From: Klebsormidium nitens
Taxonomy: Eukaryota; Plantae; Klebsormidiophyceae
Reading direction: 5' to 3'
Length of the DNA: 64,000 bases
NCBI GenBank assembly: GCA_000708835.1
Contig: DF236979.1
Coordinates: forward strand, 272,208 to 336,207
A program made the position numbers and the translations under genes. Under the pieces are notes generated by a model, which had not been told where the DNA came from, did no database searches, and was given only the letters and a program-made list of their open reading frames with translations. Each line of letters starts with the position of its first letter. Positions within the stretch are counted from its first letter, which is position 1. Positions 36,959 to 48,800 of this stretch are shown here, in pieces.

Positions 36959-39759
36959 CTACTCGGCTGAAACAGCAGCCTCGGGAATAACCTCAGCAGC
37001 GGATGCGATCGCTTTCGAGCTCACTTCAGGAGCTGGAAGCGAGGCTGAATCTAGGCTCGGCGTCTGACTAAACTTCTCAATGTAAAAGCTAAGAGGGGGA
37101 ACATCTACGCCCGCAACGGTGGAAATAGCAGCGCTGGGAGCCGCAGATGGGGCGTTGCCCAGCAGGTTTAAGCTGGCAACGGCTCCGACAGCCACTGCAG
37201 CGCCAATCCCTGCAAGACGAACGGTAGGCGTTAAGGGTGGGACAAATCCTACAGAGTGAAACAAGACAAGGGAAGGTGACAAAAGTATGAAGTGCCGGAA
37301 TAAAAAGCGAAACAGACAAGATGGAAAAGTCGAACTGGAAGAGAGCAAAGGGCAGTGGGACCTACAAAGTAGCATAGGTATGATATGCGAGGTGTGGTCC
37401 CCACAAAGGGACGACCTGAATCCTGGTTAAGACTGTAGAGCTAGTCTTTTAGTAAACAGCGGAACAGCGTTCAACGCGTCTAGGTTCGTTTCGGCTTATT
37501 TAGTTAGTTTTGCAACCGTCGTCAATGCGTCTAGGTTCGTTTCGGCTTATTTGGTTAGTTTCGCAACCGTCGTCAATTGAGTAGTTGTCCAACTGTTGGA
37601 AGACCTTAAGCAAACTACGTGTAGAAGCAGCTCTAGGACATGTGACGATATTATATTCTTTGCTTACATTAGTATTCCGACAGGCGGAAAAGTGCAAGCA
37701 TGCAGTGCATAAACCCACAAACTTCTGTCTAGGCTGACGAACGTATTTGAGTTCCATTCACTCTGATTAAGGTATCTAGGTACAGGATATCTTTGTACAA
37801 AGTGAACGAAACTGGATACACTTGACAGAGGGCTTTTACAGCTGCAAAGCCCCAAGCTATGACTCGAAACGCCAACGAGATGGTGTAGGAATGTACAGAC
37901 TGAAGCTAGGAAGGAAAGCTAATCCTGGTTACGACTGGATTGCTGCCAAGGGCTTAGGTAAGAACATTCGCTCCTGCAGCGCGAAGGGCCCACTCACCAA
38001 GAAAGACAAGGGTGCTGCTTCCCTGCCCCTCGGTACCTTTCTTCCCCGTGCTAAAAGCGTTGTCTGCGACATAGATTTTCGGCTGCGAAAACGAGAAAGT
38101 ACTGAGCTCAGTGCCCTGGAAGCCCCCATCAAAACATTTTTGACCGGATTGTCTTGTGTACCACACGCCACCCATGAGTCTGCCAATGAAAAGCACTGTC
38201 TCTAAACACCTTCCAAGCCGCTCTCTCTCTTCTGACGGACATCGACTACCAGAGAACTGTCTCAGGCGAAACAACAAGTTCGCTAAACCGGCTGATGATG
38301 AGCGAGCGAGTGAGCAGGGCGTCAAGTCCACTCGACTTTCTGAGACTCTTGCCGAACTGCTGCGTGAAGTGCCAGCATCAATGGCACAAGTAACACAGCC
38401 AACAAGACGGAGTATGACATGCCTCATGTCAGTGCCCTAAATCAGCGACAGTGCGCCAATGTCGCTGCGTCTGCACAACGAGCTTTCACTGACCAAGATA
38501 AGGAAAACGTGCCTTACCTCAACGGCATAAATGTTCTTTTGCCCCGCTGAGTCAAACTCTGTGTAACCCCACCTCCGATTGTCTGAAGACGGGCCTCCTC
38601 GCCCAAGCGGCCTCACCTGAGAGTGAAATGATGCATTTCGTTCATTCTCGGTCGCAAGTATTTCTGTTTCTGCATTCGTCGCTCGTTTGTCACTTGTTTG
38701 CTAGGTTGCAGAGAGCAGGGTAACCAGGCAACCGCAGCAAGAGAAAGGACACCTGTGCCATGCTAAGCCCCTGTCAACAAATACAATGCTGAAGAAAGCG
38801 TACAGCCTTGGGGGACAACATTTTTGCAAGAGACTTAAAGTAGGCTTCAAGAATGAGACGCATAGTTTCATGTGGATCGCCTCCCATCGAGATCGTTCAA
38901 GATGAACGGATGCACCAATGCATAACATATCCTTAGCTGAAGACATGCTGACGAGCCGCCAAAGCATGACGATACGTTCAAGCCTAAAATACGAACAGTG
39001 CCACCGCAAGCAAAGGGCTGATGCCCAACCTCTTCTCGGCAATCTGAAAGGGAACTGTTTGAACAATGGGTAGATTCCAAACCTGCAAAATCTAAGCAGG
39101 GACCAACCCTAAAAGTTGTCCCGACGTTGTGCTGGTTTGCCAGCCTTCTAAGGAAGGCGCCGAATGCGTCTAAGCTCCCGCAAGTTGCATTCCAGGGTAA
39201 CAGTAGTAGTTGCTTGGACTTGCTTACATGCAGAACATGCACTGCCCGGGCACTCGACTAATGCTGTTAGCCAGAGACTCCCCGCATCCATTACTTTAAA
39301 TATTTTGTGCATTTCCCACCACATTGTGTCTCCTTCCCACCAAAACATAATCTCCCAAACCTTTTCCCTCATACGCTCCAACTTTTCAAATCATAATCGG
39401 AACCTTCTGCTTGTAGTAAAACCATCCGCCGCCAACAAGAAAACAAGCTACGGTCTTTACAGAGCCAAAGCTGACAGCTCGATCATCTGGACACATGCGA
39501 CCACTCTCAATGTCAAACAGCACATTCTGCTTGTCCCAGTCCTCACCTCTGTTTGCCCGCCCTCGGACTCGTTCTCCGCCGCCCTCACTATAACAGATCT
39601 AGCTGCTGGTTGCCTTGTTCTGCTGCCTTGAACTGAAGGAAAGATCCGGCTTGAGGGGCAAGCCGCTGCTCCCTGTGTCAAATGCGAAGCACCGCTAAGA
39701 TGCGCCAAACCCGAAACAGAAGACACCGTCTGCCGGGCCGCCGCCGTCATTGTGGCCAT
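36959..39759 (-). CDS. Small plastid-targeted single-TM (probably thylakoid) protein of unknown function, 3 exons
   Basis: Exons 39759-39547, 38115-37998, 37209-36959, phase-consistent. Transit peptide MATMTAAARQTVSS...ARSVIVRA; PKIYVADNAFSTG; TM segment LVFLGIGAAVAVGAVASLNLL; PPLSFYIEKF; A/S/P/E-rich tail. Confidence 0.8.
37471..37576. repeat. Near-perfect 51-bp intronic tandem duplication
   Basis: TCAACGCGTCTAGGTTCGTTTCGGCTTATTTAGTTAGTTTTGCAACCGTCG at 37471 and a 3-mismatch copy at 37522. Confidence 0.9.
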
Positions 39760-39955
39760 CCTCCCTTTAATCTGCAGAAAGTGCCTTCACAGAAGAGCCT
39801 GCAGAAACGTGCTGAGAAAGAAATATAAGGCCACCTGTTGTCTTGGTGGAGCTTCCAAGTTGATGAGGGCGCCCTTCAAGTTTCACCGAGATCTGAACTC
39901 GTGTTTTGTATGCCTTCGCGAATCGGAAGAAAGACACTGCAATTTCAACAAAGAC

Positions 39956-40301
39956 NNNNNNNNNNNNNNNNNNNNNNNNNNNNNNNNNNNNNNNNNNNNN
40001 NNNNNNNNNNNNNNNNNNNNNNNNNNNNNNNNNNNNNNNNNNNNNNNNNNNNNNNNNNNNNNNNNNNNNNNNNNNNNNNNNNNNNNNNNNNNNNNNNNNN
40101 NNNNNNNNNNNNNNNNNNNNNNNNNNNNNNNNNNNNNNNNNNNNNNNNNNNNNNNNNNNNNNNNNNNNNNNNNNNNNNNNNNNNNNNNNNNNNNNNNNNN
40201 NNNNNNNNNNNNNNNNNNNNNNNNNNNNNNNNNNNNNNNNNNNNNNNNNNNNNNNNNNNNNNNNNNNNNNNNNNNNNNNNNNNNNNNNNNNNNNNNNNNN
40301 N
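39956..40301. other. Assembly gap (346 N)
   Basis: Run of n. Confidence 0.99.
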
Positions 40302-41131
40302 GTGGCAGATTCCTATGTTCTTGCCCTACTGCACACATTTATGTGACAGGGTTAAGCCGCAGTCTTGTGTGAGCCTGAGGGGAATATGAGGGGAATATCC
40401 AGAGTGGATAAGGAGCCGTGGCCGCATTGTTACCGTCGACTGTTATACTTCTAGAGCACCTTGCTAAATCTTGGCCGTTCCATCAACCAACTGGGCTCGA
40501 CTTCCGACTTCCAAGAGTTGTGACTGTTGAAAGTCTGCACTTCAGTCGATCTGCAACTTTAAACTTGAAGTTGCAACTTGCAAGTTGCAAGCTCAAAAGC
40601 AAGCACTCCCCTTGCAAGGGCTTCGGCGCTGCTCTGGCGCCGTAAGGACGAAGGAGGATCCCATCATCTGGAAATGAAAAGAACGTGGTCAATTGGCTGA
40701 TCGATGTTACATTCTATGGTACATTCTATGGTTGAGAATCTTGAGTTCTGCAGGGCAAGGGCTTCCTTCACCTTTTCATGTTGCACGCATGATCAAGCAG
40801 GTGGTGGTATATCCAAGTTTCGTTCTTCTGAAGCAGCGGCTGGGAGAACTGTGTCACAGGCAGCTCGTGCGCTTCTCAGTTGTCGGAATGTTGAACGAGC
40901 TCAAAAGCTGAGTCTAAGAAATAGTTCTGGTAGGGCATTGGGATCTTTTACCCCTTCTCTACGCAAAAGCACACACTTGCAGCACCACCTGAAGGTTTGG
41001 GGATGGTTATTGATCCCAAAGGTGCATTCCGTGAGTAAATTTGGAACCTGTGGCAGGCACATCAACGAGTTTGCATTGATGTCAGGCGATTGCAAGGTGG
41101 TGTGCCAATCTGGCAAAGCAACATTGTCCAG

Positions 41132-44100
41132 CTTTTTGGCAAGAGAGGATCACAGGAACTTCTGGGACTTGGATCTAGAGGCACTGGTAGACTGGTTGGG
41201 CGCATTCTATACCAGAAAGATAGATGGTGACCCCATCTTTAAACAACGGTGCCAGATCTCAAGCATCAAGAGGCAGAACAAAAGCAGGCTTGCTGATGTA
41301 GAGGTAAGGACTTTTCCTTGCTCCCCCAAGCCTCGCATTTGAAAGGGGCATCACATCCTGAGCCTCTGTACCTGCTTCTAGGAGTGACCTTCTTAATACT
41401 CAATTGTGATCTATAGAATGTACTACTAGTGATTCCTTTTTTTCTCTTTGAGTCTTCCTATCACATTTGTGGAAAGTGTGATGTGTGATACTGGCATGCA
41501 GTTGCAAACTTCTAGTTGCGCTTGACCATTAAAGGAACCAGAAAGGTCCTTTGGGTAAGCCCAAAACCTGGCTGACACGTCTGCAATTATCCATTGCAGC
41601 GGAACTCTGAGAGATGTCAAGATACTTACAGAAGGTGTGGCAATCATGACGAAATTGAGCGTCTCACTTCAGAACTGCAGAAGGCGAGGCTGGCAGAAGG
41701 TGGATTAGCAACATTTCTGTCAGATGACGTAAATGAGAGCCACGCTGCTTGTGGAGATTGTTCGACACCGAGTGAGCATGATAGAGCCTCAAATCCGGCA
41801 GCCGAAGAGCAGAGATACATTGATGCAAAGCAGAAAGATAAGCTAGCTAGAGCAAGTCAAAAGCTCGCAGAGATACGATCTCGCATTGGGCCGCTGGAGC
41901 AAGATCTCAACAGATTGTGCAACGAGACGCTGGAGTGGCAGGTGCATATTTTGCAAAGTCCATCCTTGCCAGCAGCTTGTGTCATTTGGTGCTCATTGCG
42001 GCCTGAGAAGTTGGTCCTCCATGTGCTTTGTATGACAAAACCTTCGCTTCTGGCCCCCAGCATTTCCTGTCGAGTAATCAACCTTCTGAGCTGATTTTGC
42101 GCAGGCGTCGAGAAGGAAACTTTGCTTACATACAAATCCTGTGCTGCAGGAACTTCAAAGGGCAAACGCATCTGTGGTTGCCTGTCATGACGAGATCGGT
42201 CTGACGGCCGCAGAGAACAAGTTGCAGGGTCTCTTCAAAGACACCGGGGCACAGACTCAAGGCTCGGGCAAGGACTTCGAGTCCATTTGCACGGGTGTTT
42301 TGAAGACTTCTGTTGTTCCAGAATTAGCGAGAGGTGTGGACGAAGGTCGAGTCAAGGTCAGTCTCATGTTGCGGTTCTCGAGAACGGTTCCAATAGCGAT
42401 AGACTGAGACTGTTGAGGGATGTCTTGGACCAATGACCGGTCGAGAGTTGGAGTGGTGGTAGTTTTTGAAATTCGCCATAGGTGCAAGGAACGACAGATT
42501 AAAGACCAACGTTTTGACGTTTTGAAGTTAGGTGTGACCTGTGACAAAAGCATGACTGGTTGGCTAATGCGTGAGTATCTTGCAGATCCTTTCCAACGTC
42601 ACGCTTGGCATGGCGAATGGGGAGATCGATAAAGTGGTGAGTGGTCGGACTGCCCCCCTATTTACTTGGACCACTTCCACATCCCCATGTTTAGTATCAT
42701 TCATGAACGAGGTGAAGGCACCACTGTCTCGTAGAAGTCAATCTGATGGCAGATTCACTTCGAAGTTCCAGAGTCCATCGATGAATCTTCTTTCTTTTGC
42801 CAAAATCGAGGAGTCTCTTCCAAAACGTGTACAATTTTCCAGCGTGAATTGTTCCAGATAGGGCCTTCAGGAGGCTTGCTTCCTACGTGCAAGCTAATGA
42901 CGGTTGTGTCGCTTATCTTGCAGATTGTATGCGTGCCAGACGCAGCTGCAGAGCCCGTCTCTGTCTTGGCCGTTGCTGAATGCAAAAACAATGTTAACGA
43001 CCTTGCTCACGGCTTTTCGGTGAGGGCACTTACTGAGATCGTTCGACTCGCTTTGGCTTCTCTTCAGGTTTGGACAAAGCTGCCCCTTTTTCTCGTCGTG
43101 TGATTCCAATCGGATCATGATTGCGACTGTTGCTCACAGACTTTTCACAGACAACGTCTTTGGGAATTGCAGATCGTCTTGCTCGAGTATTGCAACCAGG
43201 GAAATGAGACTGCGGGTTAAGTCTGGATTGTGGTTCTGAAGTTGGTTAGCCACACTCGTCGTTGCAGAAGCGAGTTTCTAACATGTTTTTTGACTCATTC
43301 AACAGATGATGCAATCCAACATCGGTTGGCTCAGCGGAGAGAGGGTGGGGTCCCACGCATATGATCCGGAAGTACGTACTCATTCGCCTTCTCCTTGGTC
43401 CAGACATCAAACATCGGATCTCAGTATCTGACAAAAAATCAGCCGAATATTTCATTCCCACGTGCTTTACGATAAGTTGTCTTACTTTGGATGCACTCGA
43501 CATGGAGACGTTGATGAGCTTCACTTGGGCGGGAAGCAGCGGGATGGCATCACTTTCACAACGAGAAGCACGCTAAAGTTAGTCAAAGGCCAACTCTTTA
43601 CTTGCTACGTGCTTCAACAGTTAGCTATTGGGGAGGCCTTTCCAGGCATTTGGTGCCTTCTTCCTAGATGCTTTGGTGGACTAATATCACCCTCACAGAA
43701 ACCGCAACGCCTCATTCATACCAACGTTTGCAGGCCTGGAAGACACGCAAGTACACTAAAGGCCACTTTGATCGCACAGTGGTGCATCTAGAAAGTGGCT
43801 CCGAGTATGTCTTCGGCCCAACCAGCTTCCAATCGTTCAAGCGTGATTCTGAAGAAGGCTGCTTTCTCAAGGGGGTCTACTTCATCACTCGGGCTGGCAC
43901 TCTCACCGGCTTGGGGTCAGGCGAGATCAATCTGATCAGCCACAAAATAGCGACTGACCTGGACTTCCAAGAAGCACTTCAAAAGCGCAACGTGAGTCGC
44001 CATCGTCCGTTGGTCAAATTCCTGTCTTGTATTGAGCAACTTGAACCTCTGTAACGCCCGTTAATCGACGTGGTTTCAAGATTCTTCCCAATACTGGATC

Positions 44101-44478
44101 TGACAAATGCTTGACTGCTTTGCGGGCAGTCGGACCCTTCGCTTTCTGACGATCCTGCGATTGCGGGGTTTGAAGGGTTTTAGGTCCTTGGGAAGCTGAA
44201 CTTTGCGCCTTTTGCCTAGGACTCGACCCGAAAACTAGACTGCCTCGATGCAGAGGAGAACCGGAAGCGTTTCAACTTCCTGTCGGGCGAGCTGGTGCTA
44301 GCATCTCTTCGTGGTCTAACCCCTCTGGGTTGCCTTGCAGATGTCGTACTTCAGCAAGCTTCAAAAGTGGGTGGACAAAATCAAGGAAGGAAAGCTCTCC
44401 TCCGTGGACGTTTTGCGGCTGTACGAACGGCAGTCAACAAACGCCGGCAATGTGTTGCTAATCGAGTCTGTAAAATGA
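41132..44478 (+). CDS. Uncharacterised protein: coiled coil plus putative PD-(D/E)xK nuclease-like domain (5' end unresolved, probably from about 40750)
   Basis: In-phase exons about 41132-41303, 41600-41941, 42150-42356, 42586-42636, 42924-43019, 43306-43371, 43734-43991, 44341-44478. The spliced product contains GSGKDFESIC ... ILSNVTLGMANGEIDKVIVC ... VLAVAECKNNVNDLAHGF ... NIGWLSG ... YDPEAWKTRKYTKGHFDR. Confidence 0.75.
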
Positions 44479-45868
44479 TTATCAAGTGGCAGATCGTTTC
44501 CTTCATTGAGACCAATGACAGCGGTCCAGCAAAAAAAATCACATTATGTGGACGCTATGTACATTAGCAGAGTGTAAAATGCCTCCGTTTCCACATCGTG
44601 TTTGCACTGAAATACCCAATCGCTTTGGCACTGCGTGTATCTTTGGCCTCAGTGCAACGACGTCAGCATTTATATTGGCGATGTGTCTTTGATGTAGAAC
44701 ACTAGCGCGAACCAGCAAAAATGCGAAGCTTTTATGGGGCCTCGAGCTGCGGCCGGCCCGACCGCGTGCGCAAAACGTTGATTTGGCCGGACTCGACGAC
44801 GTAAGAGCCAATGGGGCCAACCTATAGTCGTGACGTACTCATGTTTGATGTACCTGACCCGGTACTAGGTCAGGTACGAAGTGGTTACACGTTAGGATGG
44901 TGTACAAAGAGCTTTCAAGCCTAGTTATTTTTTTGACAATTTCGTAATCCTGAGCCGCATTGCACTAGCTATTCAGTTCCTAAGTTGTCAAGTCAAACAA
45001 AATTTCGTACAGGCGCAGCCCAAATTTGATGTTCAACGGTCAGTTCACTACTTGACCATATCCTGAACTACGGCAGAGCCGGACTGGCCCTCTCATGCTG
45101 ATGGCGGTCCTCCAATTCGAAATGTAGTGCTACTCAAAGAAGCCCAATCAGCATGAATTCACAATTCCCTCGCGAACACGTTGTGCCATGGCAGTGGCGC
45201 AACTGCACGCCACCATGGATCATGGTTGCCCGGCCCGGCCGTCGTACATATGTGCTATGATGCTGGCAAAAGCTCAGGCTAGGTGCGATCGCAGCTGCGG
45301 CCCCCGCATGTGCCAGTGCTCGCATGCTCTGTATATATTCGAGCGCCCACTGAATTGGCATGCACGCCTATCATGTTTGCGTATAATTCTGGCTCCTGCA
45401 TGTGTTAAAGGGCATCATGGTAGCACAGACCCGGACAGACGTGTACTCCGTCAGTTGTCACCTTGGGGCACTCAATGCAATTATATCATGTTGATTGGGC
45501 AATTCATGTCTTTGTCTGGAATGAAAGGGCAAGGATGGTCAGGCAGGCTGATTGGTTCGGACAAGTTCAAAGAAGCTAACTTTGACATACAAATGTTGAG
45601 GAGGGTTGGACTCGAATCGATCGAACGCGATTTTCTGGAACGTATAAGGCCGGTTAGCCGAGCGAAGTGAAGATTAGCAGTGTCGGACCTGCTTGCATTG
45701 TCCAATAGTCCATATCTGGTTGACGAGAAAGATGAAGAGCAATATCGGAACAAGGGAGATCTATCGATCGACTCAATGCTCAACGCAAGCAACGCAATAT
45801 TCCGGGTCCTCGAGGACCTTGATGGATTTTTCGAGTGTTAAAGGCAGCTACGCAAAGACTTCAATATG

Positions 45869-48800
45869 CTACCGAAGCTTCCATCCTCCAGGGGGGTTGA
45901 AGAACCTCGCTTCGGACAAGACCCTATCAGCCTCGGTTCCTGTCCAACTGAGCAACAATTCCAACAACTCCCACCCCGCTTTTTCCCCCACGTCTAAAAA
46001 GTCAACCACGTCCTTGAAGTCCTCATCCTCCAAGTAATAGTTTCTAATCGCTTCGATATTGAGCTCGTATACGCCGTCCCATAGCCTTTGAATAGAGGCG
46101 GCGTTTGCCGGCACTTCCGACTTGCCTAGAGTGCTGAATACGAACTCCGCAATGGCAAGCCCGAGCATCCGGATGTCGTGCTGACGACACATGGATGCGA
46201 TGGCCATGGGCGAATCGGCCCCCAACGACCGGCACATTTCTTGAATCTCCTTGTCTAGACTCTCGATGCCCTGCCAAAAGGAGTGCCATGACGGTTTCGC
46301 AAAGAATCGACTTGCTGATCGTCTGCGTACTTTAGAATACCGCAGCTGCTTGCCGAACACTTAGCCACAGGCAAGACACAAGCAGAAGTTCTGCTCGTGG
46401 TTCTTAGCCTCCTAGAGGCGTTGGCAGCATGCTTCTAGTTCTGGTTTCAGATGAAATGTTGCAATACAAAACCTTACTGAGACGAGTGTGGGTCAAGAAA
46501 GGCCTTACGGTCAAAAGGGCGCAGGTCGTTACTCCACGAAAGATTGTGCAGATTGGTAGTGAAGGATGCGAAGACATCGCTTACCATCGAGAGGTCCGAG
46601 GCGAACCCAAAATTGGAGAGCTTCACCCGTACTTTGTCTGCACAGAGGCGCGAGCAACTGTCAAGACCGGACTCTCGCCACAGGCTTTTGAATTGTCACC
46701 GTCGAAGATTACACCAATCCGCCCGGTCAGGCTAAAAGCAGGATGCGCAATACGGACGAAGTGCCTCCTTGGATCCAAACAACAGGTAAAGAAAGTGTCT
46801 TCCTGACGATTTCCCAAGCAATTGCGGATATAGGGCCCAGATTGGCCTCTTCTGTAAGGTGCATGGACGTGTTTGCAGACAATATACAAGCGTACATGTA
46901 AGGTGTAAGACAGTCCCGTCAGCTGGGAGTTCTTTGGAGATCCCCAGCAACGAGGTTCTCAAAGGAGTCGGACTCTTTGCAGGTCCCCGTCAGGCGAGAC
47001 TCTGTAACCCGATACCCTTCGAAGCATTGGAAGTGTACTGCTGCTACGGCTGCAAGCCAGCGGAAGAGACGCACGGTACATATGGCAGAGCCTCACCCCA
47101 GTCTTTCGCTTCGTAGGTGCTTAGGAGGAAGCAGGAGCCGGCGATGGCGTTGTGGACCACGCCTCTGACGTGGCAAAACGCCATGGCCTCAACGGCGCCA
47201 CGTATTACGGCCTGCAACCCCAAAAATCAGTTTTTTTCTAGATGCCGGACGTTGCTTTCGCGATGGAGTGATCATAAGCCTCGGGGATAGCAGCCTGAGG
47301 TGGGGGAGCATGATGAAGCTAAGGTGCAGAATGGTCAGGGTTCTGGAAATCTATCGTTCTTGAAGCTTATCATCGAGAGACCTATGCTAAACGGCAATCG
47401 GGAGGGCCCTTCGTGACTGCGTTTGGTCGTTTCCAATCCAACATCCGGACGCTCGAAGGAACCGCACGACCAAAACGAGTCGAGAAGATTCTGCTTCCAC
47501 GGGATGCGTTTCTGAAACACCTGTCCGGCTTCCGAAAAGGTTTCAAGCGGGAAGCCGGTACCGTTGCTCTTCACCCCGTGCGCCACCGACGTTAGGAGAA
47601 AAGAATGGACGGAGCTAAACCTATGACTAAAGAGGAGCAGTCGTGCTCACCTTGACGAAGCGCGTGAGTCGTTCCTGGGCTGCCCCTCGTCGGAAGAAGT
47701 CCACAACATTCGGGGGCTGCTCGATGCCCGGAAAATCCTCCATAGTGCACATCCCCTCGAACTCAAACACCTGAGAAGGCAAGCGGAGTTCGGTCATGTG
47801 CTCGGTCCGTGATGAAGACCGGAGGTGGAGCTCCCCAGGCGCAAGGCCTGCGATTGTGAAGAGGAAATATCGCCGCAGTCTTTGCTCGGAAAGTCTTCCA
47901 TAGTGCACATCCGCTCGAACTCAAAGACTTGCGAAGGAGAGAGTGAGCAAAGTTACACGCGTTTTCATCGAGTACTCCGATCAGAACGAAGATCCGCTGC
48001 TTTTCAAACTCCGGGGAGAATGCCACATCCGCTTTGCAAAGGATTATTGCTGATCGACCTCAAGCGCGAAGATCTTTGTTCGATGTCAAGAGCAGGAGCG
48101 GACCAAGCAGTGTCGAGATATTCAGCCACTCAAAAAGTACGACTCTCGAAAATAGAGCTCTTAGCGGATGGACTTACGACGAGGGCATAAAAGATGCGGT
48201 GCAGGCCACGAGGGCAAAGCAAACGACCGGTCAGAGCGCAATTTTATACGGCCATTGGCAGCACTTGCTCGATTTCAAGATCCCAGCGTTGAAAGTGAAG
48301 AAATGGTGCATTTTCGTCCAGAACTCCTCATCACCCAGAGTCAAGCCCCACAATCTTTTTAGCAGTAACCTCCGAAGCTCCAGCCGAGAACTGATTAGGG
48401 TCCCCATTCTCCGCCAGGTTATCGCTGACGTTCCCTTCCCAAATCCGACGGCTTCTACTTCCTCGTTCTGCAGCTTCCGGACTTTGACACGAGCGACGAT
48501 CTCGCTTTTAGTCAAAAGGATTGACGCCAAACTCACTATTCTCATTCTCATCTGACTGCGACGTCACATCGCCCTGGCTAAACACTCACCAATCATAGCC
48601 GGGCCCCTTCACCCTCCGCCGTCTCCGGGCCGATGTTCCCTTCCTCAAACAAACTCTTAAGAGCACCCAAAAGAACCTTCTCTTGTCCAAATCACCGATT
48701 CGATGCCGAAACCCTCAACTCTTCTCACCAACTACAATGCCGATAAAGCTGTGATGATTCTTACCAGCCATAGCCTGGCCCCTTCATCCTCCGCAGTCTT

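Noticed and set aside
39752-40389. ORFs spanning the 346-N gap
   Set aside because: Artefacts of translating N runs.
45188-45792. ORFs of 160 and 103 aa downstream of the kinase-like stop
   Set aside because: No domain similarity or codon bias; probably 3' UTR or intergenic sequence.
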